Shown here: positions 43,485-53,362 of the stretch, piece by piece
Position numbering within the stretch: the stretch's first letter is position 1
Layout: every line of letters begins with the position of its first letter
Assembly: GCA_050177605.1 (NCBI GenBank)
Contig: JBFXGX010000010.1
Span: 1-58,214 of the forward strand
DNA: 58,214 bases
Source: Candidatus Izemoplasmatales bacterium
Lineage (GTDB): Bacteria; Bacillota_I; Bacilli_A; Izemoplasmatales; Hujiaoplasmataceae
Direction: 5' to 3'
The notes under the pieces: generated by a model
Told to the model about the DNA's origin: nothing
Seen by the model: only the letters and a program-made list of their open reading frames with translations
Database searches by the model: none
Position numbers and translations under genes: made by a program

Positions 43485-43534
43485 AGTAATTTCCTCCCTT
43501 TATTGATGTTCCGATTTATAAAATGTTTATATAT

Positions 43535-43807
43535 CTATTCTTCCATCAGTTTTGAAAGTTCAAGAATAATCTCATAACTTTTCTGATGTAAATCTTTATG
43601 TTGAACGTATTGACTCTTCTTGATATCATCAATATGATTGTCATACCATATTCTAATACGATCGACCAAAGATTTCAGAAACACAGGATTATTTCTGAAT
43701 TCTACTTTACATAACTTCTCTGCATAACTTGTTATGAACTGATCAGTGGAATATTCTATAATGGTCCTTGAAATGCCATCAAGTTCTATATTTACAATCT
43801 CGTTCAT
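43535..43807 (-). CDS. Hypothetical protein
   Basis: Co-oriented ORF upstream of the TIGR04141-like gene; start uncertain. Confidence 0.45.
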   Translation of the reverse strand: MNEIVNIELDGISRTIIEYSTDQFITSYAEKLCKVEFRNNPVFLKSLVDRIRIWYDNHIDDIKKSQYVQHKDLHQKSYEIILELSKLMEE

Positions 43808-43929
43808 TCTCGTTTCTCTATTCATAATTCTTGATAGATGAAATGTAATCACTCGTACGAAAATGTAGATTATTAGTCTACTATTTTCGACTACTCAATG
43901 TATTTATTCTAAATTCTGTTATATAATAA

Positions 43930-44091
43930 TCACGGAGTAACAGTTGGAGGTAATACATCAGGAGGCACATCCCCAGGGCCATCCATAACCATTGATGAAT
44001 TGATTGATGGTGATGGATTCTGAGTTAAAACACCTGACAAACAGAATAAAGACAATACCATTACGAGTACTAATGCGATTATCTTTTTCAT
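43930..44091 (-). CDS. Unannotated 53-aa secreted peptide (candidate RRNPP signalling propeptide)
   Basis: MKKIIALVLVMVLSLFCLSGVLTQNPSPSINSSMVMDGPGDVPPDVLPPTVTP*; RBS aaggag; divergent from an HTH-TPR regulator. Confidence 0.75.
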   Translation of the reverse strand: MKKIIALVLVMVLSLFCLSGVLTQNPSPSINSSMVMDGPGDVPPDVLPPTVTP

Positions 44092-44168
44092 CTTCTTCTC
44101 CTTTCAACATTATCATATAACGAATCAAGGAGGTTATAAAGGGCCTGAGAGGCCCGTTTTGCATAAAT

Positions 44169-45110
44169 ATGGAAGAAAATACAAGAAATTACATCGAATT
44201 AATCGATGAATTAAGAATAGAATATAAAATAAAGGTTGAAACCTTCTGTAATGGGATCTGCGATCCAAGGTTTTACCGAAGGATGCTTTCAGGAGAAAGA
44301 AATATTACACATCAAAGAATTTTTCAGTTCTGTGAAAAGCTCAAACTATCACCAAGTGACTTTTATTACACTGCCAGCAAGCGTGATCGTTATGAATTAC
44401 AGAAAATCTATAATTTATATCAAATGATCTATACACATGATTATTCTCGTTTTACTGAAGAACTATCAAAAATAAATAGGAAAAAACTCATTTCAAAACA
44501 AAATGAGAAGTTTCTTGAATACTGTATTTTGAAATCATCTGTTGTTCATAAAACTGAAAGTGACGAAAAGATTATTAAGAAGCTATTTGAATTAGTAGAT
44601 TATCCTGTGTGCCTTGACAAAAACACATTTGATTTTGTGGATATAAATGTCTTGATGCTCATTGCTGAGATTCAAATAAAGTATGATGAAGTTCTAACGC
44701 TAGATAAACTTATTGATATCTTGAATAATCATAAAAAGATAATTGCTAGATCAGATACAAATCATATGTATCCCGCTATATACACAAACGCTAGTCTATT
44801 CCTATGTCGAATCAATAGATTTGAAGATGCTTTAGTTCTTAGTTCATCTGGAATTAGGTTTTCAAAAGAATACAATAATTTATCATCGATGGGGCGATTG
44901 TATTATGTCAAATCACATTCTTTGCTTAAACTTGGTAGAAAGAGAGAAGCGGAAATTGAAGCTGCTCGATGTATTGCTTGTGCGATTGCTAAAGATAATC
45001 CTGAAGAACTTCGAGTGTTTTTCAAAGAAATCGAGCTTGATCACAAGATAAATCCTATTGACTTAATAAAACGACATCAAGAATCACTAAACACAAAAAA
45101 TGCTGGCTAA
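44169..45110 (+). CDS. Rgg/PlcR-like (RRNPP) HTH-TPR transcriptional regulator
   Basis: N-terminal XRE-like HTH (ICDPRFYRR...KLKLSPSDF); C-terminal TPR-like helices (IYTNAS, RLYYVKS). Confidence 0.72.
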   Translation: MEENTRNYIELIDELRIEYKIKVETFCNGICDPRFYRRMLSGERNITHQRIFQFCEKLKLSPSDFYYTASKRDRYELQKIYNLYQMIYTHDYSRFTEELSKINRKKLISKQNEKFLEYCILKSSVVHKTESDEKIIKKLFELVDYPVCLDKNTFDFVDINVLMLIAEIQIKYDEVLTLDKLIDILNNHKKIIARSDTNHMYPAIYTNASLFLCRINRFEDALVLSSSGIRFSKEYNNLSSMGRLYYVKSHSLLKLGRKREAEIEAARCIACAIAKDNPEELRVFFKEIELDHKINPIDLIKRHQESLNTKNAG

Positions 45111-45139
45111 ATTTAGCCTGCAATATTTTTTATAGGTAT

Positions 45140-45957
45140 TGCTCTGCTACGAAAAAGTGGGACACATAGGTACCACCTAAATGAGAATAATGTATACTAA
45201 TACAAAGGAGTTGAAAAGGAATGAATCAGTACAGTGTAGACTTTAAACTAAAGATTGTGAAGATGATATTAAACGAACATATTAGTAAAAAATCAATCAT
45301 GAGAGAATATAATGTAGCAACAAAATCACAAAGACAGTGGGTGCATAAATATCAACAGAAGGGATAAGTGGACTAGTTAGTAAAAGAAAAATAAGAGATA
45401 AAATACCAACCAATCAGGAAGAGGAATCAGTAGAATCTTTAAAGCATGAAATCCTAATGCTTAAAGTAGAAATAGAACGATTAAAAAGAGGTTATAATAG
45501 TGAAGATGCGAAATACGTAATAAAAAAGAAATCCTGAATTATGAGTATACTTTAGTCCATAAATTCAGATTAAAATATTATATAATTGATTTTTGTGAAT
45601 ATATGGAAATCAGTAGATCAGGTTACTATAGATGGCTAAAAAGAAGAGAGAATAAAACCGCAAGAGAAGAGACAAAAGAAACGCTTAAAATGTTAATTAA
45701 GAATTACCATTCGATCCATCCTGAAAAAGGATATAGAGCGTTACGTAAGGATATCATAAATGAAACAGGATGGATTGTATCCTATTACTTAATGTATCAA
45801 TGATTTAAAGAAATGGGGATATATTCTAGAGCGCGTAGAAGAGCGTTTAGAAGACCAAAAGGGGTATCTGATAAGTTTCCTAATATCATCAATGGAGATT
45901 GGTCTACTACAAGACCATTTGAGAAAGTAACCACAGATACAACACTATTAAAACATG
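45140..45957 (+). mobile_element. Degenerate IS3-family (IS150-like) remnant
   Basis: TG-start end; orfA YSVDFKLKIV...EIERLK with frameshift; orfB ISRSGYYRW, GYR and VTTDTT with a stop; truncated at the cyclase duplicate. Confidence 0.75.
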
Positions 45958-46608
45958 AGTGATATACTTCAAATTCAGGGAGACTTATTGATTGAAAATA
46001 TTGTTCCAATCCAAACATCCCTTTGGATACCGAATATTATGGGGCCATTTGGATATTTAAACTTTATGGAATGTTACCATGGAGTCATCTCCATGAATCA
46101 TGAAGTGACGGGTGAATTAGAAGTAGATGGAAAGGGGTTTTCCTTATCCAAGGCAAAAGGGTACATTGAAAAAGACTGGGGAAAATCTTTTCCTAAGGAA
46201 TATATCTGGATACAATCCAACTCTTTTCTTGACGAAAAGACATCCTTAATGTTTTCCTACGCAACAATTCCTTTTGGTTTTCTTTCGTTCAAAGGACTAA
46301 TAGCAAATTTAGTCTATAAAGAAAAAGAATTTCGCTTCGCTACGTATAATCTATCGAAAATAAAAATAAACCACCTTGAAGAAAACATTGTCAAAGTGGT
46401 GTTAAAAAAAGGCAAATATAGATTAGAAATCGATGCAAAGACAGAAAGTACGTTGCCTCTTAAGTCCCCCCTTGAAGGGTTGATGGTTAATAGCATCAAA
46501 GAAGGATTATTTGGGTACTTAAAGATTTCTCTCTATGCGTCAAAGAAATTAATCATGGTAGATGAAAGTCATCATGCAGGCATTGAAATTATGATGAAGA
46601 AAAGTTGA
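45958..46608 (+). pseudogene. Tocopherol cyclase family, duplicated 3' two-thirds
   Basis: Diverged direct repeat of 29086-29736 with many synonymous differences; 5' part missing. Confidence 0.85.
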
Positions 46609-46630
46609 AGATTTGAGTCTTCAACTTTTT

Positions 46631-46700
46631 TTATGACTTTTTTAATTCAAGCATAGTAACAGTCTCGACGTGTGTTGAAAAACCTATATTGCATGCAAAT
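46631..46700 (-). repeat. att-like junction: arm plus (probably native) rlmD tail STHVETVTMLELKKS*
   Basis: Tail ends at the terminator shared with the convergent cyclase gene; arm attgcatgcaaa. Confidence 0.8.
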
Positions 46701-46863
46701 TGAATCTTGTGTGTATCAAAGAAACATCATAAGCGACCAAAATTTATTTACCTTTACAAGCTTGGATCCTGATTATAATAGCAAAGCACCATAAAATATA
46801 TCGAATAATTGGTAAACACTACTGGAATTTACTTTTACTGGATAATGTAGTAGATATCAATCA

Positions 46864-47934
46864 CTATTCAAACATTTTTTCGTTTACTGTAATAGACTTC
46901 TTATCAAAATCAACTTTCCCTTTAATTCCATAAGGAACAATGGTCCTTGGCAATGCATGTCCAAAATTTAAGTTATATACTATGGGTAAATCAATATCAT
47001 TAGATATCTTCAATAATACTTCTTTATATTCTTGATAATAGACCTCATCGTATGGTTTGCCAATCATTAAACACCTAGCATGACTGATAACACCTTCTTC
47101 AATTAAGTAGTAAAGCATACTTTGAAACTTTGTCGGTGTTGGCTTCTCTTCACTTGTTTCAAGGAATATGATTTTGTCAGTAAAAAAATCTTTGCTAGGA
47201 ATTAACCCATACTGATTATAAATATGTCTTTGATCTTGATACCTCTCACTTGTATACAAATCATAGATACTTTCTAGACATCCACCCCAAAAAACACCAT
47301 CAATGACACCCGATCCATTTAAGAACTCATGCCCTTTGTTTTCATCTGAAGCGATCAGTGGCACAGATAGTTGATCTATGTCATAATTTGTTCTATTCAA
47401 GTACCATTTCGAACTAGATTTTATTTCAAATGATTCATCATTCAGAAATAACCTCTGATAACTTTTATGTGTATAAGGAATCATTTCATTTTGTAGTTCA
47501 CAAAGATCTGATAAGAAATTTAATCCATAATAAGTTACTAATCCCAGTTTATTTAGCATTAGATGATTATTGGTTGAATCTGAAAACCCTACAAAAACTT
47601 TTGGATTTGTGCGTACAATATTTGCGAATTCCTCATTCATAAGATAAGGTATCGTTTTGTAAGTATCATCCCCGCCAATAGCACAAATAATGCCCATGAT
47701 AGTCGGATCTTTAAATGCAAGTCTTAAATCATCAGCTCTTTTAATTGGATTGTTTTTCACAAAGTTTAATCCTTTTAGTGAATGTGGCATAAAGACAGCT
47801 TCAAGACCTAATTCCTCTAATCTTTTTATACCAAGTTCTAACTGGTGTCTTACTTTATGTTCACCTAGGATACCTGATGATAAACTTACAATTGCGATTT
47901 TGTCACCTATTTTAAGTTGTTTGGGTTTAATCAT
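46864..47934 (-). CDS. S66 family peptidase (LD-carboxypeptidase/MccF-like)
   Basis: IGGDD, GFSDST, GGCLE, FLETSEE, NFGH catalytic motifs. Confidence 0.88.
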   Translation of the reverse strand: MIKPKQLKIGDKIAIVSLSSGILGEHKVRHQLELGIKRLEELGLEAVFMPHSLKGLNFVKNNPIKRADDLRLAFKDPTIMGIICAIGGDDTYKTIPYLMNEEFANIVRTNPKVFVGFSDSTNNHLMLNKLGLVTYYGLNFLSDLCELQNEMIPYTHKSYQRLFLNDESFEIKSSSKWYLNRTNYDIDQLSVPLIASDENKGHEFLNGSGVIDGVFWGGCLESIYDLYTSERYQDQRHIYNQYGLIPSKDFFTDKIIFLETSEEKPTPTKFQSMLYYLIEEGVISHARCLMIGKPYDEVYYQEYKEVLLKISNDIDLPIVYNLNFGHALPRTIVPYGIKGKVDFDKKSITVNEKMFE

Positions 47935-48808
47935 TATTATCCTCCAAATCTACTTTAATTTGCTTCGTAATGGATTTAAAAAATTCGCGACTCCAAAGGT
48001 CTATAGTAAATTGCTCTTTTATAAATGGTCTAACATCGGATTTCGCAATATCATAATCAATCTGTTCGAATCTTTTTTCTAGTATGTCAATTAACAAATC
48101 TCTAGTCAATTTGATGTTATCGTCTATGGTTTTTGTTTGTTTCAGTCTAGCTTCTAAGTGTTTTAAATTCACTTTTGTCTCTAAACTTAAATAATATACA
48201 TAATCGTATAAATCTCTACCTTTTATGCGGTTCTTCCAACTTCTAGCAATCACAGTATGAATTTTACCAGCAAATAACGATGATTCATCATAAACCCTAA
48301 CTTGGTATGGAAATGGTAGTAAACGAAACTTAATTTCTGTATGTGCATATAGCGGTGGATTCACATCAACTTCAAACTTAATGATGATCTTCTCATTATG
48401 GATAATAAACCTAGAATCCGATGAACTCGGATAAATAGTAATCAGTGTTTCTTTAGTATTGCCATTAATGAATGCAGAATCGATATTTGAGTTCAATGCC
48501 TTATCCTTTTTGGAAACTTCAAAATCGAGTCCAAGTGAGTTCACAACGTCACTTATCGGTTTAAAATATTTACTCATATCAAAAGCATCATTTGCTACAA
48601 TAAGGGTAAAGTCCAAATCCTCACTAAATCGATCCATCCCGTAAAAAATTCTTAAGGCTGTTCCACCATAAAAAGCAGCATGGGTAAAAAAGTCGGTTTT
48701 AGAAAGGCCAGCCAAAACCACTTCTTGTAAAACTTCTTTTATTGCGTTCTTTTTATCTTCTATGGTCTTCGGATTATACTTATTGATCATCTGTTGAATA
48801 ATTGTCAT
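47927..48808 (-). CDS. AbiEii/AbiGii nucleotidyltransferase toxin (type IV TA)
   Basis: FYGGTALRIFYGMDRFSEDLDF, KGRDLYD. Confidence 0.9.
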   Translation of the reverse strand: MTIIQQMINKYNPKTIEDKKNAIKEVLQEVVLAGLSKTDFFTHAAFYGGTALRIFYGMDRFSEDLDFTLIVANDAFDMSKYFKPISDVVNSLGLDFEVSKKDKALNSNIDSAFINGNTKETLITIYPSSSDSRFIIHNEKIIIKFEVDVNPPLYAHTEIKFRLLPFPYQVRVYDESSLFAGKIHTVIARSWKNRIKGRDLYDYVYYLSLETKVNLKHLEARLKQTKTIDDNIKLTRDLLIDILEKRFEQIDYDIAKSDVRPFIKEQFTIDLWSREFFKSITKQIKVDLEDNND

Positions 48809-49395
48809 TTGATATACTCACTTTCAATGAATTTTCTTAAATACTTCATATTGTTCGATATATATTTATCGGATAAAAACAGGATTTCATCAAAGTTAAG
48901 TTGTTCAAACATATCTTTATTTATTCGCAAATCCTCAAGAAGTACCATTTTTAATTCTTTGATACTTGTTACAGGCTTTCGTATATATAGTAAATCACAT
49001 AGTGCTTTTTCTGGGCTCGCTATAAAGTAAGCATACCCGTTTTCTTCATGAGCATTTACCGCAAAAGGAAACGCAGCGTTTGGAACATCTCTATAGGTGT
49101 ATAGTCCGAAATGATTTTGATAGGACTTGCTTTTTCGTTTGTTGAATGTGGCATTCGTATAAACAACAACTCTTTCAGGAATGAGATTATGATATGAAAG
49201 TGCATATTCAAAAGATAAATAGGATGGTCCATAAATATAAGATGCAAGTAAAAATCCATCAATAGAACTGCTGGTTTCATAGATGCCTCGTACTAGAGGA
49301 AATAAGAAACCTTTGTCGATGTCCCTTTTGATTTTGCCATTAATATCCGTATAATCCTTATACTTTTCTTTTAGGTTTAATGTTGTAACTATCAT
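48805..49395 (-). CDS. AbiEi-like antitoxin
   Basis: RGIY, PSYLSFEYALSYHNLIPE, ASPEKALCD; ATGA-coupled to the toxin gene. Confidence 0.85.
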   Translation of the reverse strand: MIVTTLNLKEKYKDYTDINGKIKRDIDKGFLFPLVRGIYETSSSIDGFLLASYIYGPSYLSFEYALSYHNLIPERVVVYTNATFNKRKSKSYQNHFGLYTYRDVPNAAFPFAVNAHEENGYAYFIASPEKALCDLLYIRKPVTSIKELKMVLLEDLRINKDMFEQLNFDEILFLSDKYISNNMKYLRKFIESEYIK

Positions 49396-49665
49396 ATTAT
49401 TTCCTCCACTTAATTTTATTATATGCAATTATATGGAGACAATCAATACATTTATTCTAATTAGTAGCGTATTACCAAAAGTAATTAGTATTATTCAAAA
49501 TACAATCGATTATTGTGAAACATATCACGTAAAAGATGGATTAACTAAGATGCTTACCTGAGTTGTGGTGATATAATTTTTAGAAGAATTGATGTCCCCC
49601 CACTCAAGTAAAATATATGCTTAATGCATAGTCTGATGTTTCCACATTACGCATAAAATGAAAAA

Positions 49666-49704
49666 AGAAGCATTTAATCCTGTTTGAAGGGATTAAATGC
49701 TTCT
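49666..49704 (-). terminator. Hairpin downstream of displaced rlmD tail
   Basis: agaagcatttaatcc-N9-ggattaaatgcttct. Confidence 0.75.
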
Positions 49705-49728
49705 TCTACTGTTGCATGAATGGCTTTG

Positions 49729-49870
49729 TTAAGCTGTTTTTAAAGAAAGCATCGTGATAGTTTCAACGTGCATGGAGTTTAGTGGATTGCTTTCAAAACG
49801 GCACCACAAATTCATTCGAATAATGTAGTCTGGTAACATGTTTTGTGCCATAAGCACACTTGGAAAAGGA
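49729..49870 (-). repeat. att-like junction: about 90-bp arm plus displaced rlmD tail SMHVETITMLSLKTA*
   Basis: Arm closely matches 56655-56745. Confidence 0.85.
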
Positions 49871-49899
49871 GAAAACTCTTAAACGAAATATTCATTTTC

Positions 49900-50202
49900 T
49901 CACCTCCGGTCCACTGCAAAATATATGATTTCACTATCGTAATACCCACTTGCCGGACCTAAATCCCACGAAAGTTGGTCCGGCGTCAACCCTGATTTGT
50001 GAAGAATAGATGAACCACCAGTCCCGTGTTTCTCGGCCCACTGGCCAGTATTGGTCTGAACCATAAAGTGATAGTCATATACATATTTGCCATGTCCACC
50101 TGTCCCAATTGGGATTGTTGTTCCAACTCTCAAGGCTATTCTCCATTCATTGCTTTCTATGTCTGCATTTGGTCCTGAAATCTTCCGTACTGTAAATCCC
50201 AT
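49900..50202 (-). pseudogene. Orphan toxin-tip-like fragment
   Basis: DYHF..Q...G.W..K.G motif; last module of the Rhs array; no core or immunity gene. Confidence 0.45.
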
Positions 50203-50229
50203 GACAATCCATAATATTTTTTCCCTAAT

Positions 50230-50691
50230 TTAGTCATTATCAACAAAAACTTCGCGTATTACCCCTCTTACAAATCGAGCAATTGCGATATTCTGGTTTA
50301 AATTAATCTGTTGCCATAATTTATCCGCATCAACTGGAGCTTTCGGAAGAAACCATAATACAGATTGAACCACTACAGCTGTTCCAAAAGTAATAGATGC
50401 ATTAATCGTTGTTTCCTTGAAGGATAACCCGTCGTTAATGCTATGCGCAATTGAGGTTGCTGTTGCTAAAGCAATTTTTCCTGCTACAATGTATGCTGCA
50501 CCAAGTCCTGAACTTACGAGAGCTCCATAGGCTGCTCCACTTAGTGTTTCAATTGCAAATCCCTCAAAATGAATTCATCACCTGTTACTAATATTGAAAA
50601 ACTATAACTAAGAGCTCCAAATAAGGCTCCAACAATAGCTCCTATTAAAAATTTGCGCCATTTCCCCATCAGGATCAAAGTTCATTACCGG
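50230..50691 (-). pseudogene. Displaced Rhs tip (PVMNFDPDG...), two frameshifts; not in ORF track
   Basis: Manual translation: PVMNFDPDGEMAQ / LIGAIVGALFGAL / AIETLSGAAYGAL...VFVDND*. Confidence 0.7.
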
Positions 50692-50715
50692 AGTAATGTA
50701 TACGAGAGTATACAA
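50683..50715. repeat. Rhs cassette junction site
   Basis: cattacc-gg-agtaatgtatacgagagtataca; 27/32 identical to 53216-53247. Confidence 0.75.
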
Positions 50716-50789
50716 ACGTCTTTTCGGTAATTGAGTTGACCATATCTGTTACCTTGCTTTTTCGATGCGTGTATTCTCATGTCTCCCTA

Positions 50790-51401
50790 CTACTGAAAAT
50801 TTCCTAAATTTCTAAGGAGCCCCCTAAATGTGAATAAAATGACACTTCGAGGATCTTCCTGTGAATATTGTTGGTCCCACATTATTGAATACCCAATATT
50901 ACCTGTCATATCATCATAGTGATAGTAATAACAAGTTACATCCTCGTCTGTTTGTTTTTCTTCAAATATCTGCTTATATATTGTTACACCACCTTGGTAA
51001 TCAAAAATCACTTGATTTGTCACATTGTCAATAAATGATATATATTTTTCATATTTTGAATACTCTAGTAAGTTCTCAAAACTCTCTTCGTAGTGCCATA
51101 ATTGGGCATAAAAGAATGCCACATTCATATCGTTTGTGAAATGAAAAACAATCTCGAAATCGTTGAATATATATTGAATTTCAAAACTATCATTTCCGAG
51201 AATTTGAGTTATCGGATTTCCATCGAAATCGTATTCCAGAGCAATCCCGTCAATTAGTGTCAATACTTCAGATAGATACACTCCAACAAAGTCTTCATCG
51301 CTTTCATTCCAGTTTGCGTAGGAAGCATAATTCGGATTCGAGGAGCAACCAACAACAAAAACAAAAAGGAACAATGCCAAAATTAAAAATATTCTTTTCA
51401 T
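50790..51401 (-). CDS. Lipoprotein, putative immunity
   Basis: MKRIFLILALFLFVFVVGC lipobox; follows Rhs tip. Confidence 0.7.
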   Translation of the reverse strand: MKRIFLILALFLFVFVVGCSSNPNYASYANWNESDEDFVGVYLSEVLTLIDGIALEYDFDGNPITQILGNDSFEIQYIFNDFEIVFHFTNDMNVAFFYAQLWHYEESFENLLEYSKYEKYISFIDNVTNQVIFDYQGGVTIYKQIFEEKQTDEDVTCYYYHYDDMTGNIGYSIMWDQQYSQEDPRSVILFTFRGLLRNLGNFQ

Positions 51402-51405
51402 ATTT

Positions 51406-52072
51406 TCACTCTCCAAATGGCCAAGCATTTCCCAAAATACGGCGAAAATATGTTTTGGGGGTCTGCGTCGTTTCAAAATCAACATATTGTGCTCGATAGA
51501 CTTGTTGTTCAAACCAATTTCCATTGATATTTGAGTCAAATCTCAGACTTGTTAATGAATTGTATAATCTATCATGATATTCAAATTCCCTTAACATCTG
51601 TCCGGTAGTCCAATCAGAATATTGATCTGAATATTGATTTTGTAGATAGAGAATAAAACTCAATTTTTCTTCTCTGCTGAGACCGGTGGTATTGTTTCCT
51701 CTCAATATGCTTTCAGCCTTATCCTTGTCCATTGTAGAAACATCGCTATTGTTGATATATATCTCTGATTCAACGACTGTAGCAACATTGGAGCCAAGTA
51801 GGTATCCTGCTCCTGCGGCTGCAACGGCGACCAAAGCTCCCCCACCAGTAGCGACAACAATAACAACAGCCACAGCTGCAACCGCCAATCCTCCAGCAAC
51901 CTTCCAAAATGTTGTCCATGAATATCCGTCGCTGTCTAGATACATTACTGGATTATTTGCGCAATACGTATACATATTCGTGGAAAGGATATCGCCAACT
52001 TGACCAAGTAATCCATCCGCATTGATAAATCTTCCCACTTCAGGGGTATAATACCGGCTATTGAGATAATAC
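51406..52072 (-). pseudogene. Orphan Rhs core end plus toxin tip
   Basis: YYLNSRYYTPEVGRF...NNPVMYLDSDG; about 150 bp nearly identical to about 54380-54525. Confidence 0.8.
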
Positions 52073-52205
52073 CTATCCAATATGTTTTTTGTGCTTGATA
52101 GATAATACTTTGTCTGTATATTTAACTATAAGAATCTGAACACTAAAAAGAAACAAATATAAGAAAACTAGTTTAAATAAAAAGCCAATTAATGAAAACC
52201 TTCAG

Positions 52206-52640
52206 TTATGAGGTAATATCAATAAATAATGCTAATATGCGAAGAAAATCTTCCTCAGAGCATTGTCTATATAACCCTCCAGTACTTTCGCCAGAACTTG
52301 AATAGAATTCGGTTGCATATTGACTTAATTTTTCATAACTACCATCTTTGTCATATATAACAAAAACATATCCTCTTACACTGTCTAGATCTCCTAAAGG
52401 ATAATAAAACTTAACTTGTGATATTTCATCTATGAATATATCCGCTTCGTCAGTAGTTAAATCTTTTATGAATATTATTTCTTGTACACTCCGGGAACTA
52501 GAATTAAGAATAATTTGCTCGATGGATATATGGTCTACATTTTCCACCATTTCGTCATATGAATAGGAATACTCACCTTGACATCCAATTACTCCTAAAA
52601 AAAGCATAAGCAAAACAAACATTAATATATATTTTTTCAT
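52206..52640 (-). CDS. Lipoprotein, putative immunity
   Basis: MKKYILMFVLLMLFLGVIGC lipobox. Confidence 0.7.
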   Translation of the reverse strand: MKKYILMFVLLMLFLGVIGCQGEYSYSYDEMVENVDHISIEQIILNSSSRSVQEIIFIKDLTTDEADIFIDEISQVKFYYPLGDLDSVRGYVFVIYDKDGSYEKLSQYATEFYSSSGESTGGLYRQCSEEDFLRILALFIDITS

Positions 52641-52642
52641 AA

Positions 52643-53224
52643 CTATCTATTTACTCCTCCAAAATAATCGGCTGTAGATTCCCATAGAAAATCATAATAA
52701 TGATCGTAATAATACTGGTACTTCCTAGCAAGTAAATTAACTGTCATCGATGGTATAGCAACTATAGCAACGTACCCTGCAAAACCAAGTATAGATAATT
52801 GAACTGTATGCCCCCATTCATGTTGTAATGATGTTACATCGCTTGTTCTTTCAAGAAAAATCATTCCGAATGAAAACGATGAAAGAAATGAGTTTTCAAA
52901 TCTAATAACTGCTGTTCCTTTATAAAAACTGATCTTTTCTGAATCAAATGCTAGATTAGCATCTCTATTAAATGGATTCCACTTTATTCTTTTAATATCT
53001 TCATATACTGTTTCATCCCACGACGATGACATAATAGCAAATCCATAAGCTGATATATTCATCAAAAATTGTGGAACGGATGCCAGACCGGGAATTAAAC
53101 TTAGAGGAGCAGTAGCTATAAGTGCTGAGATTGATAAGGCTGTGATAATTGCTCCTCCAATAAAGCGACCAACGTCTTTGATCCATTCTGCAATAAACCC
53201 ATTTGGATCGTTTAACATTACTGG
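52643..53224 (-). pseudogene. Displaced Rhs tip with HEXXH motif
   Basis: Begins PVMLNDPNG with no upstream core; contains QHEWGH. Confidence 0.72.
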
Positions 53225-53247
53225 AGTAATGTATCCAGGAGTAGACA
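53215..53247. repeat. Rhs cassette junction site
   Basis: acattact-gg-agtaatgt inverted repeat followed by a conserved arm. Confidence 0.75.
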
Positions 53248-53362
53248 CAAGACAAAAATGTTTTTATGAACACACACCATTTGAGATTATAATTCCACTG
53301 TGTAAACTTAATTTTATTTACGTGAAATAGAGAAGTCAAATACAATTTCCACTTAATTAATC

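Noticed and set aside
43958..44164. 68-aa ORF from the track
   Set aside because: Alternative frame over the RBS-supported 53-aa signal-peptide ORF at 43930-44091.
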